Positions 1-8,034 of a DNA stretch of 64,000 nt are shown in pieces (position 1 is the first letter of the stretch; the number at the start of each line of letters is the position of its first letter). The notes below the pieces were generated by a model. It did not search any database. It saw only the letters and a program-made list of their open reading frames with translations, and was not told where the DNA came from. The DNA is taken from contig CAJXKF010000001.1 in assembly GCA_913055695.1 (NCBI GenBank), forward strand, positions 16,354-80,353, in the 5' to 3' direction. Position numbers and translations under genes: made by a program. Source of the stretch: an uncultured Methylophaga sp. (GTDB lineage Bacteria; Pseudomonadota; Gammaproteobacteria; Nitrosococcales; Methylophagaceae).

Positions 1-1594
1 TCTCGTCGAGGGTGGTGAGTCCTCGCAAAACCTTTTCGCAGCCATCTTCCCACATAAACTTCAGCGCTTTTCCGGCATTGGACTCCAAGGTTTCCTCATC
101 AGCACCTTTGGCAACTAATCTAGCCAGCCTCTCGTTGAACCAGAGAGTTTCAAATAAACCAAGCCGTCCTCTGAACCCCTGCCCCTGACATACGGCACAC
201 CCAACAGCTTCAAAAATTTCAACTTCATCTTCAACACTGAGTAATACTTTTTCATCTTCTGTTGCTGGCCGGCTTTTGGCACAATGCCGGCATAAACGTC
301 TGACCAGGCGCTGTGCAATTACCGCAGTCATTGTGGACCCGATTAAAAATGGCTCACAACCAATATCCACCAGACGCGTGACCGCACTCACGGCATTGTT
401 GGTATGGAGCGTGGAAAACACGAGGTGACCGGTCATGGCTGCCTTAACTGCGACATCCGCTGTTTCTGAGTCACGGATCTCGCCCACCATCAAGACATCA
501 GGGTCATGCCGTAGCAGGGACCGTAATGCGTCTGCAAAACTGATCTTAGGACCGGTTTGAATCTGGGAAACACCTTCAATCACATATTCAATTGGGTTTT
601 CCACCGTCATGATATTGATATCTGGGTGATTGATTTCCTGTAACGCTGCACAAAGCGTTGTAGATTTACCACTCCCGGTCGGGCCGGTGAGAAGAATCAT
701 GCCATAGGGCTTTCTAATGGCTTGCTTGAATTCAACGAGATCACGCTCTAGAAACCCAATATCAGCCAATGTCAGGCTGTTACTCTCGCTCCCCAGCAAT
801 CTCATTGTAATTCGCTCACCAAGCCTGGTAGGAGCTGTCGCCACACGGATATTAAATTCCATATCGACTGGCGCAGATAACTGGTAGGAAAAACCACCAT
901 CCTGGGGCATACGCTGTTCAGAAATGTCCAGACCTGATAAGACTTTTACCCTGGATATTAATCCAGCAGCAACAGATTGGTCGGCATCCAGCGGGTAATC
1001 AGTCAATTTGCCATCCACCCTGAAACGGACCCGCAGCCCCTCCTCTTCGGTCATAAAATGCACATCCGAGGCACGACTCAAATAAGCATCTTTAAGAATT
1101 TGGTCGAGTAGGCTAACCAAATCGGTCTCAGCAGTACTAATTTCACTGGCTTGTGCCACCGCCGTGTTCGCAAGTACTTTTTTTACGGCCAGGCGGATTC
1201 TTTCAGGCTCGCTCATGGATACAGGCAGGGTGTGACCAATGAGTCTCTGTGCAGAATCTATAGAAACCCGATCAGTCGGATCACTGATAACAAGCATATC
1301 CTGGCCATCCAGCGTCATCACAAGCATGTGTTTTCGGTTGATCAAACTGGATGGTAGCTTTTTTGTGAGGACTGAGTTCAGTTCTGCTCGAGTGAGGTCA
1401 ATAAAGGCAACGCCCTGATCTTCTGCCAAAGCTCGGTGCATTGCCGATACAGGTAAGCGATAATGTGCCAGTAACTTTGACAGTAGTGGCACACGTTCTC
1501 TTCTGGCCACCAGACGCAGTTGTTCCACGGCCGATTCTTCAATCAGCCCTGTTTCAATACCCGCCCTAATGAGTTGTTCATCTCTGACAGCCAT
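1..1594 (-). CDS. GspE/PilB-family type IV filament assembly ATPase; the 3' end runs off the left edge of the window (531 codons visible)
   Basis: Absent from the ORF track because its stop lies outside the window. Hand translation from ATG 1594..1592 gives MAVRDEQLIRAGIETGLIEESAVEQL... It has Walker A LLTGPTGSGKSTT (about 661-700), HDPDVLMVGEIRD, and a CRHC...GCAVC tetracysteine cluster (about 190-300). AAGGTG lies just upstream of the ATG. Confidence 0.85.
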   Translation of the reverse strand, partial: MAVRDEQLIRAGIETGLIEESAVEQLRLVARRERVPLLSKLLAHYRLPVSAMHRALAEDQGVAFIDLTRAELNSVLTKKLPSSLINRKHMLVMTLDGQDMLVISDPTDRVSIDSAQRLIGHTLPVSMSEPERIRLAVKKVLANTAVAQASEISTAETDLVSLLDQILKDAYLSRASDVHFMTEEEGLRVRFRVDGKLTDYPLDADQSVAAGLISRVKVLSGLDISEQRMPQDGGFSYQLSAPVDMEFNIRVATAPTRLGERITMRLLGSESNSLTLADIGFLERDLVEFKQAIRKPYGMILLTGPTGSGKSTTLCAALQEINHPDINIMTVENPIEYVIEGVSQIQTGPKISFADALRSLLRHDPDVLMVGEIRDSETADVAVKAAMTGHLVFSTLHTNNAVSAVTRLVDIGCEPFLIGSTMTAVIAQRLVRRLCRHCAKSRPATEDEKVLLSVEDEVEIFEAVGCAVCQGQGFRGRLGLFETLWFNERLARLVAKGADEETLESNAGKALKFMWEDGCEKVLRGLTTLDE

Positions 1595-1603
1595 AATTCA
1601 CCT

Positions 1604-2257
1604 TTACAATGCTAAAATCATCTCAGTTTTGAGCATTTGTGCGCTGCCTCTGAAAGGTGAAATTTCAAGTTTATCGATGTTCAGTCTTATAACAGTGACC
1701 TGATAGGGAAGCTCATCGAGTCCATGAATAAAGCGGCGTAAAGCCAGATAACTGCCATCGACTTCAAGTCGCTGCAATGGTCGTTCAAACATCGACCCAG
1801 GTGACATTCTTGTTACCCAGCCGGCTGTGACTGGTGGAATAATCTCTTTTCCACCCTCAGTCTGTTTCTTATTCTCGATTGGCTGGGGACGCAAAGACTC
1901 ATTCACCCTGATTCTGATGCCACTATCCCGGGCTAACTCAGAGATCCTGACCTTCAGTTCCTGTGAGTCTAAAGGTGCCAGCTGTTGTTCAAGTTGCACT
2001 GCGCTGTCACGTATGACATCCAGCGCTTTTTGCTGATCCTCAAGCTCACGCTTGATTTCTTCAATTCCTTCCTGAGGCTCATTGGGGATTTCCATCTTGG
2101 ATAAGCGGACAATGGTGGCTTGTTTCTGCCGCTCAAGGCTATGAATTTGCTCAAGTCGAGGCTCAAATCTGAAAAAGCCGTAAGCTGCAATTATGATTAC
2201 TACTAAGATAATCCCTGCAAGCAGGCGCTCACGGTTATTCAACTGTTTCAATTTCAT
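1604..2257 (-). CDS. GspM/PilO-like bitopic inner-membrane assembly protein (217 aa)
   Basis: Short cytoplasmic N-terminus, one TM (LLAGIILVVIIIAAYGFF), then a coiled-coil and a roughly 100-aa periplasmic domain. ATGA start/stop overlap with the upstream gene, and a 9-nt gap to the ATPase gene. The call rests on architecture and position only. Confidence 0.55.
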   Translation of the reverse strand: MKLKQLNNRERLLAGIILVVIIIAAYGFFRFEPRLEQIHSLERQKQATIVRLSKMEIPNEPQEGIEEIKRELEDQQKALDVIRDSAVQLEQQLAPLDSQELKVRISELARDSGIRIRVNESLRPQPIENKKQTEGGKEIIPPVTAGWVTRMSPGSMFERPLQRLEVDGSYLALRRFIHGLDELPYQVTVIRLNIDKLEISPFRGSAQMLKTEMILAL

Positions 2258-4005
2258 GCTTGCTTACCCTCAGCTTCTGATTGGGATATCACACGCACTA
2301 AACTCATCGAAACGGAATAACCACCGAGGTTCATCGGCCCTGCTTTTTCTATTACCTGAATATCTCTGACTTCCATATCCCATGCAGCCACAGACAGCTT
2401 CATGTTCTGCACGAACTCCTGTGCGGCACTCTCGGTCAGCGCCCAGGCATCGATATTGAAATTGTCCGTTTCCACCACACCAGCTTTGTTGAGAGGGGCT
2501 GCTGCCGGTTGCACAGTCGCTCTGCGTCCCATTTCATCAACGCGGTTAACGATAATCTGTTCGTTGATATTGTTTTGTAAGACACCCAGAATGGCCTGCA
2601 CTAGGAGCGCTCTTTCCGGTAACTCCTGACCAAAAAAGGTCAGCCTCGCTTCCATTCTGCGCTGATTCTCTTTCTGTGTTTGCAGTTCTGCTTTCTTCGA
2701 CTCTATTGCTTCGCGTTGTTTTTTGATTCGTTCGACCGCTTGATCCAGTACTGCAGCACGCTCGTCAATTTCAGCTTTCTGACTGCTGATGGCAGCATGC
2801 TGGACTGCGATGGTCACTTCTGAAACAAGGATTAGAACCAGCACCGCCGCCATCATTGCCGCAGCTTGGGTTTCTATCCGATGCCAGGTTGGTGGCAATG
2901 GCCCCCCCGGTCTGACTAAACTAATTTTTTTAGCGCCCTTAAGGCCGAAGAAGAGCCTTCCAGCTGCGTACATACCCGGTGACAAGCCATCTCGCTCATC
3001 AAACATGACCAGATCCGGTTCAGTTGCCAGTGCTGAACTCAGACTGCTGCGCAAGTTTGGGATGCTATCCGGCGGTGCCGCCAGGGCAACACCCGGGTGC
3101 TGTGTATTCTCGGCATGATACACTTCAAGACAGGCATCCAGCATAGACGCACTGCGGTTCACATAGTGCTGAACCGATACAATTCGGTCACGCTTGAGAT
3201 GTGACGAAGTCGTAATAAATTCAGACGTTTCCAGTACCACCAAATGTTTTTCAGCGTGGTCAATCAGCGCCACACTATTGCCAGTCAGTGGCATCAGACC
3301 AGCGAGTTGCAACTTGTAGTCTTGACACAGTTCCTGCCACTTATCCATGACTGACTGATGTGTCGCCGTTGCCAGCCAATTCCAGACCCCGGGCGCATCG
3401 TCGACTTCACCTTGGGCAGACCAGCCACATTGAACTTCATCATCTTCACCCCGTAGCCAGTCCTGAACGACAAACAACGATTGCGACTGCTCACGTGTCA
3501 CATAACCCAACTCCAGTGCTATCTCACCGAATCGCTTGCCTCGCTCCCCCTTACCAGCCTCTTGCTTCTGCGCTTTCTGAGCTTGGTTGATTTCCTGCAC
3601 CTGCTCAGCAGACAGCATGCCGTGAGATTCCATCAGCTGCCCGAGTGTCCATTGCAACTGATGCTGCATCAACAGCGGCTCGACTTCCCAGCGAATGAGC
3701 TCATGCATCTGGTTTATGGGCTTCGGTTTCTTGGGTGACACTGGTAACTCAACCATCGCACTCATCACTGAGGGTGTCAGCACGATCACATGTTTACCGT
3801 TCCAACCCTGAGTTTTAAGGCTACTCAGGATTTCAGTGAAAGCCACAGCCGGGTCAATTTTCTGTGACTCAGCGGTGGCCAGCACCTGTAGTCTTTTACC
3901 TTTCCGATCAAAAACCGCTGCCTGCATGGATAAACCGGTCCACTCACACACCATGACTTTGTTTGGCTTAAGCGTGGTTAATACGTTTGTTAAATTATCC
4001 AGCAT
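2254..4005 (-). CDS. GspL-like / PilM-PilN fusion-like assembly protein (about 583 aa)
   Basis: The track ORF 2254..4020 starts at TTG; the first ATG is at 4005 (MLDNLTNVL...). It has an N-terminal cytoplasmic part of about 380 aa, a single TM (AAAMMAAVLVLILVSEVTIAV), a long coiled-coil (QKAEIDERAAVLDQAVERIKKQREAIESKKAELQTQKENQRRMEARL) and a C-terminal periplasmic domain. Confidence 0.55.
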   Translation of the reverse strand: MLDNLTNVLTTLKPNKVMVCEWTGLSMQAAVFDRKGKRLQVLATAESQKIDPAVAFTEILSSLKTQGWNGKHVIVLTPSVMSAMVELPVSPKKPKPINQMHELIRWEVEPLLMQHQLQWTLGQLMESHGMLSAEQVQEINQAQKAQKQEAGKGERGKRFGEIALELGYVTREQSQSLFVVQDWLRGEDDEVQCGWSAQGEVDDAPGVWNWLATATHQSVMDKWQELCQDYKLQLAGLMPLTGNSVALIDHAEKHLVVLETSEFITTSSHLKRDRIVSVQHYVNRSASMLDACLEVYHAENTQHPGVALAAPPDSIPNLRSSLSSALATEPDLVMFDERDGLSPGMYAAGRLFFGLKGAKKISLVRPGGPLPPTWHRIETQAAAMMAAVLVLILVSEVTIAVQHAAISSQKAEIDERAAVLDQAVERIKKQREAIESKKAELQTQKENQRRMEARLTFFGQELPERALLVQAILGVLQNNINEQIIVNRVDEMGRRATVQPAAAPLNKAGVVETDNFNIDAWALTESAAQEFVQNMKLSVAAWDMEVRDIQVIEKAGPMNLGGYSVSMSLVRVISQSEAEGKQA

Positions 4006-4140
4006 GGTTGAAAGTTCCAAAACTCCGGCTTGTTGTTACGTTTGGGCTAAAATCAAGCAGACTTAAACTTGCCCAAAATAGTCTGCAGCCACTACGCAGG
4101 GTGACTTTTAAGCTGGTTGCAGGCTGCATAATTAACATCA

Positions 4141-5187
4141 TTATTTGATGTTCCATCTAAAAGGACCAAGGGTATATCTGGGAAGCACATTGATGCTGTA
4201 TGGGGTAGCTGAAGGGTCATCAGTCATAGTGCCGCATAAACCAGTATCTGAAGTTATGTGACCCTCACAATTTATTCTTAGTTGATATTGGCCGGCCGGT
4301 ATGGCCTTATCAAAATCAGCATCAACTTCCAGAAAATCACCTGGCTGAATCTGAACCGGTGAAGCAGCCTCGCTCAACTTAAAATCTTTGGACTCGAGCA
4401 GATCACTTTTTGTGAGTTGTACAGACCATTCAAGATCATCAATGCCGGAAAGGACATTATTGCCAACATTAAAAAAACGTATTTTCAACGGTTGCAACAA
4501 CTGCCAGTCATCGGCAACTACCAATGCCGGGATATCACCCATGGGGTCGAAGTCTGGAATATTATCCGAGATGTTAATGGTGTCAGGCTCAGGACCCTGG
4601 CTTTGCAACCTCAGGGTGTTAGCATTAACCGCACTTTGCGGCGCACTGAGCAATACTTCACTCTTGCCGATACTGAGCGTCAGGTTCCAACCAAAATTAG
4701 CACCCGTAGCATCGCCATTACCATAACCATCTCTGAATCTTTTCACACCATCACTGTCGTGGTTAGTCTGAATATAGGGACCACGCCAACCGCTCCCGAT
4801 ACTGGTATCAGAGTCAATTGCCCATTTGCTGAGAAAAAATTCAGGCTCACTCGGGTCACAGGGAGAGCGATAGTCTCCGGAACCAATCGCAGTCTCCTCT
4901 CCCAGCGTTAAAAGCTCCTCTATACAGAGCGGTAGTCTGCCAACATCCGTTGCAAAACCATTGATAATGGGCCGATCATTTAAGGTTTGATTACTGTCAC
5001 CCACCACAGCCTGACGGATTAGTGCAATCCGCCGCTGTGTTTCCTCATATTGAGCCTGGCTTTCGACGTTATCGGTGAAAAGCAGACCGGCTGATGCCAG
5101 TAGTCCAATCAGAAATAAAACCAGAACAAGTTCCAGCAGGGTGAAACCAGCTTGATAACGTTGATTGAAAAGACGCATAGTCATCAT
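4141..5187 (-). CDS. Oversized GspG-like prepilin/pseudopilin (about 348 aa)
   Basis: Class III signal ...NQRYQAG|FTLLELVLVLFLIGLL with Glu+5. GspG-type signature SGWRGPYIQT ... FRDGYGNG. The track ORF starts at GTG 5208; the first ATG after the upstream stop (5193-5195) is at 5187, so the start is uncertain by up to 10 codons. Confidence 0.75.
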   Translation of the reverse strand: MMTMRLFNQRYQAGFTLLELVLVLFLIGLLASAGLLFTDNVESQAQYEETQRRIALIRQAVVGDSNQTLNDRPIINGFATDVGRLPLCIEELLTLGEETAIGSGDYRSPCDPSEPEFFLSKWAIDSDTSIGSGWRGPYIQTNHDSDGVKRFRDGYGNGDATGANFGWNLTLSIGKSEVLLSAPQSAVNANTLRLQSQGPEPDTINISDNIPDFDPMGDIPALVVADDWQLLQPLKIRFFNVGNNVLSGIDDLEWSVQLTKSDLLESKDFKLSEAASPVQIQPGDFLEVDADFDKAIPAGQYQLRINCEGHITSDTGLCGTMTDDPSATPYSINVLPRYTLGPFRWNIK

Positions 5188-5192
5188 TTCAA

Positions 5193-6053
5193 TCAACGCA
5201 ACAGGCACTGAACAAGGTCATCGCCCAGCGCTATGCAGGGATCGCCGCCAGGTAATGTGTAATTGCTGGTTGCACTTTCGAATACACCATTGGGCCCGCT
5301 GCTTGCTATCCGTGCAATATCACCAGCAAGTGGGTAGTCTGCTGCTACGGTAATATCCTCGGCTGGTAAACAGTTGTATACATCACCGGACATGTCGTAA
5401 CCACCCGATCCATCATCAGCACAGCGGTAACGCTGGCTGTAGGCCAGTTCGGGATCGAGCAGCTTATAAGGGTTACCCCAACCGTCTGTTAATGCTTCCT
5501 GGCTGATGTAGGGTCCGTTCCAGCCACTCTGGGTATCCTGACTCCAGAGTAAATCACTGTTAGCCGCCTCCAGGGCAAAGGGAAATTGATGCAGCATCGA
5601 CAGTGCATTATCAGACTGAATAACGTCCCGCCCCAGTGTATTTGTCAGACTATCACTGCACCATTGTGCATAGGTAAGAAGGGAGTTTGGTTCAGATGGA
5701 TTGGTTGGATTGTCACTGGCAAATTCCATCCGCTCCATATCCGAAGCAAAGTCAGCCAGTGATATAAAGGGGGTAAAGCGTCTGTTTTCCGGTGAGCTGA
5801 CATAGACCAGACAGGGTAATTCCCGGTTATCGCGGCGGAACTGCAAAAGCGCCTTTTGCAATTCAACCATTTCGATACGGGTGATGTTGTCGCGGGCTTG
5901 GTCTTCATTTCCATCAAAAGCGGCTATGGCTGCCACCGCCAGCACCGCCAGCAGGCTGATCACCAGTAAAAGCTCGATCAGTGTAAAACCATTTTGTTGT
6001 GACTGGCTTTGCTGAGTTTTGAATTGATGTCGGACAAACAATAAAAACCGCAT
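5193..6053 (-). CDS. Oversized GspG-like prepilin/pseudopilin (286 aa)
   Basis: ATG start. 22-aa basic leader MRFLLFVRHQFKTQQSQSQQNG|FTLIELLLVISLLAVL. GspG-type signature SGWNGPYISQ ... DGWGNPYKLL ... IASSGPNG, interrupted by long insertions. Six Cys. Confidence 0.75.
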   Translation of the reverse strand: MRFLLFVRHQFKTQQSQSQQNGFTLIELLLVISLLAVLAVAAIAAFDGNEDQARDNITRIEMVELQKALLQFRRDNRELPCLVYVSSPENRRFTPFISLADFASDMERMEFASDNPTNPSEPNSLLTYAQWCSDSLTNTLGRDVIQSDNALSMLHQFPFALEAANSDLLWSQDTQSGWNGPYISQEALTDGWGNPYKLLDPELAYSQRYRCADDGSGGYDMSGDVYNCLPAEDITVAADYPLAGDIARIASSGPNGVFESATSNYTLPGGDPCIALGDDLVQCLLR

Positions 6054-6184
6054 TTACTTGTTCCCGATAAGTAACTATCAACTGATTTCCAGATTTCCCT
6101 GTCCGGAAGCGCTCTAACTTCAAGCCAAACTGGCTGTGATAAGAGCCGGCTTATCACAACAAGCTTAACTGTGAGAGACAGAAT

Positions 6185-6207
6185 GAGGGCGGACTTTGCC
6201 CGCCCTC
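6185..6207 (-). terminator. GC-rich hairpin just downstream of the putative major pilin gene (possible attenuator or partial terminator)
   Basis: Arms GAGGGCGG (6185-6192) and CCGCCCTC (6200-6207) pair perfectly around a 7-nt loop, 27 nt after the stop at 6234. No strong U-tract follows on the minus strand. Confidence 0.4.
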
Positions 6208-6233
6208 TATCATGTCACTTAACTAAACCTTGT

Positions 6234-7361
6234 TTAGTCTTGTGTGGCTGCAGCTACGTTGGCATCGAGGGTGTTACCTTCGGTGTCAATGAAACCAAGC
6301 AGGCGTGGACGTGGCAGGAAGTTTGATGCGACAAGATTTTGAACCGTATCACCATCTGCTGCCGCACCTTTTTCACCTGATGCCAAAAGGAAAAGGCCAA
6401 CGTATCGACCATAGTTTTCTGCCGGATTAACTTCAGCACTGCTGTAGGTTGGTGCCTGGATAACGCCCGCTGCAGAATTAACCGTGGATTGCGCTGCATC
6501 ACCACCAAAGCCTAATGCTAGAACAAGGTTACAGCGCTCGGTGCTGAGGGCATCGTTAATTGAATTGATGACCAGAGGGTCAGCGCCACCAACGCCACCG
6601 GCCCAAGTATTGGAAATATCTTGACCTCCAACAGTGCAGCTCATCGGCTGGCCGGCGTTTCCGTTTGCAGCACCACTCAGATCTTCATCATCTTCAAGAG
6701 CTACTGAACCCAGAATAGAGATGTACTGAGGTACACCGTTTGCCAGGTCACCAGCACCAAAGTCACCATATTCCGTTTCTACCGCACCATTACCAGATGC
6801 ATCTGGCGGGTTTGTGCCCTCGTTGTGCAGACGGTTGGGCTCGACCACACCGTTTGAACCGATGCCATTACCAAAGACATGTTGGAGTTCGTCCATACCA
6901 AAATTGTCTTCGAAATAGTCTTCTAAGTCGAAGCCAAGGTTGGTACTCAAAGCTGCTGCGATATCAAAACTACCCAAGATGGTTTGTAAATCCTCATTAA
7001 TGGGAGTGGTGCCAGTGCTCATCAGTGGAGCATTTGCATTCACAGGGTCAGCGAGGTTGTCCCACTGGTTGGGGTAGGCTTGTGACACTGCACGATAAGC
7101 ACGTACACCCTGATCCAGTACAGCGACGGTATTAGCCGCTTTGGAGGCCTGTGCTTTCTCACCAGCACCATCAAAAGCCACCAGCGCACCTGTCGCCAGA
7201 ATAGCAAGCAAAGTAATAACGACCAGCAGTTCCAGCAGGGTGAAACCTTTTTCTTTTGACTGAAGTTTCTTGCCTTTGGCACGCAGCTTCTCGTCTTTGA
7301 TGATTGACAGGTCCGCATGACGGAACTTGGCAATCGCTGATTTCATTTGTCTAATGTTCAT
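6234..7361 (-). CDS. Large prepilin (375 aa) with a 39-aa leader peptide; candidate major filament subunit
   Basis: ATG at 7361 with GAGAGAG upstream. Leader MNIRQMKSAIAKFRHADLSIIKDEKLRAKGKKLQSKEKG|FTLLELLVVITLLAILATGALVAF (Gly-1, Phe+1, Glu+5). The mature part is acidic and rich in Gly/Ala/Asn/Asp, with only two Cys (PMSC...TERC). It is followed by a hairpin and a 180-nt gap. Confidence 0.75.
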   Translation of the reverse strand: MNIRQMKSAIAKFRHADLSIIKDEKLRAKGKKLQSKEKGFTLLELLVVITLLAILATGALVAFDGAGEKAQASKAANTVAVLDQGVRAYRAVSQAYPNQWDNLADPVNANAPLMSTGTTPINEDLQTILGSFDIAAALSTNLGFDLEDYFEDNFGMDELQHVFGNGIGSNGVVEPNRLHNEGTNPPDASGNGAVETEYGDFGAGDLANGVPQYISILGSVALEDDEDLSGAANGNAGQPMSCTVGGQDISNTWAGGVGGADPLVINSINDALSTERCNLVLALGFGGDAAQSTVNSAAGVIQAPTYSSAEVNPAENYGRYVGLFLLASGEKGAAADGDTVQNLVASNFLPRPRLLGFIDTEGNTLDANVAAATQD

Positions 7362-7521
7362 TATGATCTCTCTCGATTTAATGCCTCAGCTGCCCCCAGC
7401 AGCCTTTTGGTCATTGGGGTTTTGTCGTTAGCTTGCAGATGTGCCCCCTGCACACTCTGTGATTTTTATTCCCTGGCGTGGTGAGGCGTTCCCACTCGGC
7501 ATTGCCCAAATATGAATAAAA

Positions 7522-7782
7522 TTATTTCAAACCCGGCTTATTTACCGCTGCCATTTCTGGCGCATCTACCACAAAACGGTATTGTTTACCGCAGTGCAGA
7601 ATGACCTCCTTCTGCCGTCTTTTGAGGATTTTCACCTCAACCCGGATATCACCAAAGCCATCATGTGCAAGCACATCATCGACGAGCTCCAGCAGTTTTG
7701 CTTTGACTGGTTGGCAAGAAGTCTCGATGGTGTTGTCTGCATTCATATTGTGAGTTGTTCCGGTTAATCTCGGTGAAGTCAT
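7522..7782 (-). CDS. Small hypothetical protein (86 aa, or 74 aa from the internal MNADN start) upstream of the pilin genes
   Basis: ORF only. No convincing SD at either ATG. The core HDGFGDIRVEVKILKRRQKEVILHCGKQYRFVV loosely recalls small YezD/DUF2292-type proteins; that comparison is from memory and unverified. Confidence 0.4.
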   Translation of the reverse strand: MTSPRLTGTTHNMNADNTIETSCQPVKAKLLELVDDVLAHDGFGDIRVEVKILKRRQKEVILHCGKQYRFVVDAPEMAAVNKPGLK

Positions 7783-7806
7783 ACTAGACCAGACCTGAAA
7801 ACTTTC

Positions 7807-7824
7807 CCTATAGGAAGAATTCCT
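7807..7824. promoter_or_regulatory. 18-bp motif CCTATAGGAAGAATTCCT containing a GGAA-N3-TTCC dyad; left copy of an inverted pair
   Basis: Lies 25-42 nt upstream of the 7782 start, in an AT-rich 250-bp intergenic region. It matches the reverse complement of 9954..9971 at 17 of 18 positions. Confidence 0.45.
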
Positions 7825-8034
7825 AAAATTAAGTTTGAGTTAATGTAAATTCTAGAAAAAAACAAATTATTTATATTTATCAGCAGTTTATGAAGTTAAA
7901 GTTTTCACCCTCCTCTGTGTTGACATCCGCTTAATCATTAATTTTGGTTATTTTTTGAATCAGTTCCTTGTCATGTGGCCGTTTTTTTGAAAATGCCGGT
8001 GGCAGCATTATCAGGGCGCTGCTGACCTAATCAA

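Noticed and set aside
115-1357. Track ORFs 115..318 (-) and 1151..1357 (+)
   Set aside because: Both fall inside the edge-truncated GspE/PilB-type ATPase gene, in other frames or on the other strand. The ATPase reading frame is continuous from 1594 to the window edge.
1500-1594. Possible MshEN-type c-di-GMP binding motif at the N-terminus of the edge ATPase
   Set aside because: The segment RDEQLIRAGIETGLIEESAVEQL resembles the generic GspE N-terminus. However, the RLGxx(L)(L)xxG(L)(L) spacing as I recall it is off by one residue and the Leu-Gly positions are missing. This is not enough to claim c-di-GMP binding.
7431-7450. Sigma54-like GGCAC...GCA element upstream of the major pilin gene (minus strand GGGGCACATCTGCAAGC)
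   Set aside because: Only 4 nt separate GGCAC from GC, where the TGGCACG-N4-TTGC consensus requires 7. The -24/-12 spacing is 3 nt too short.
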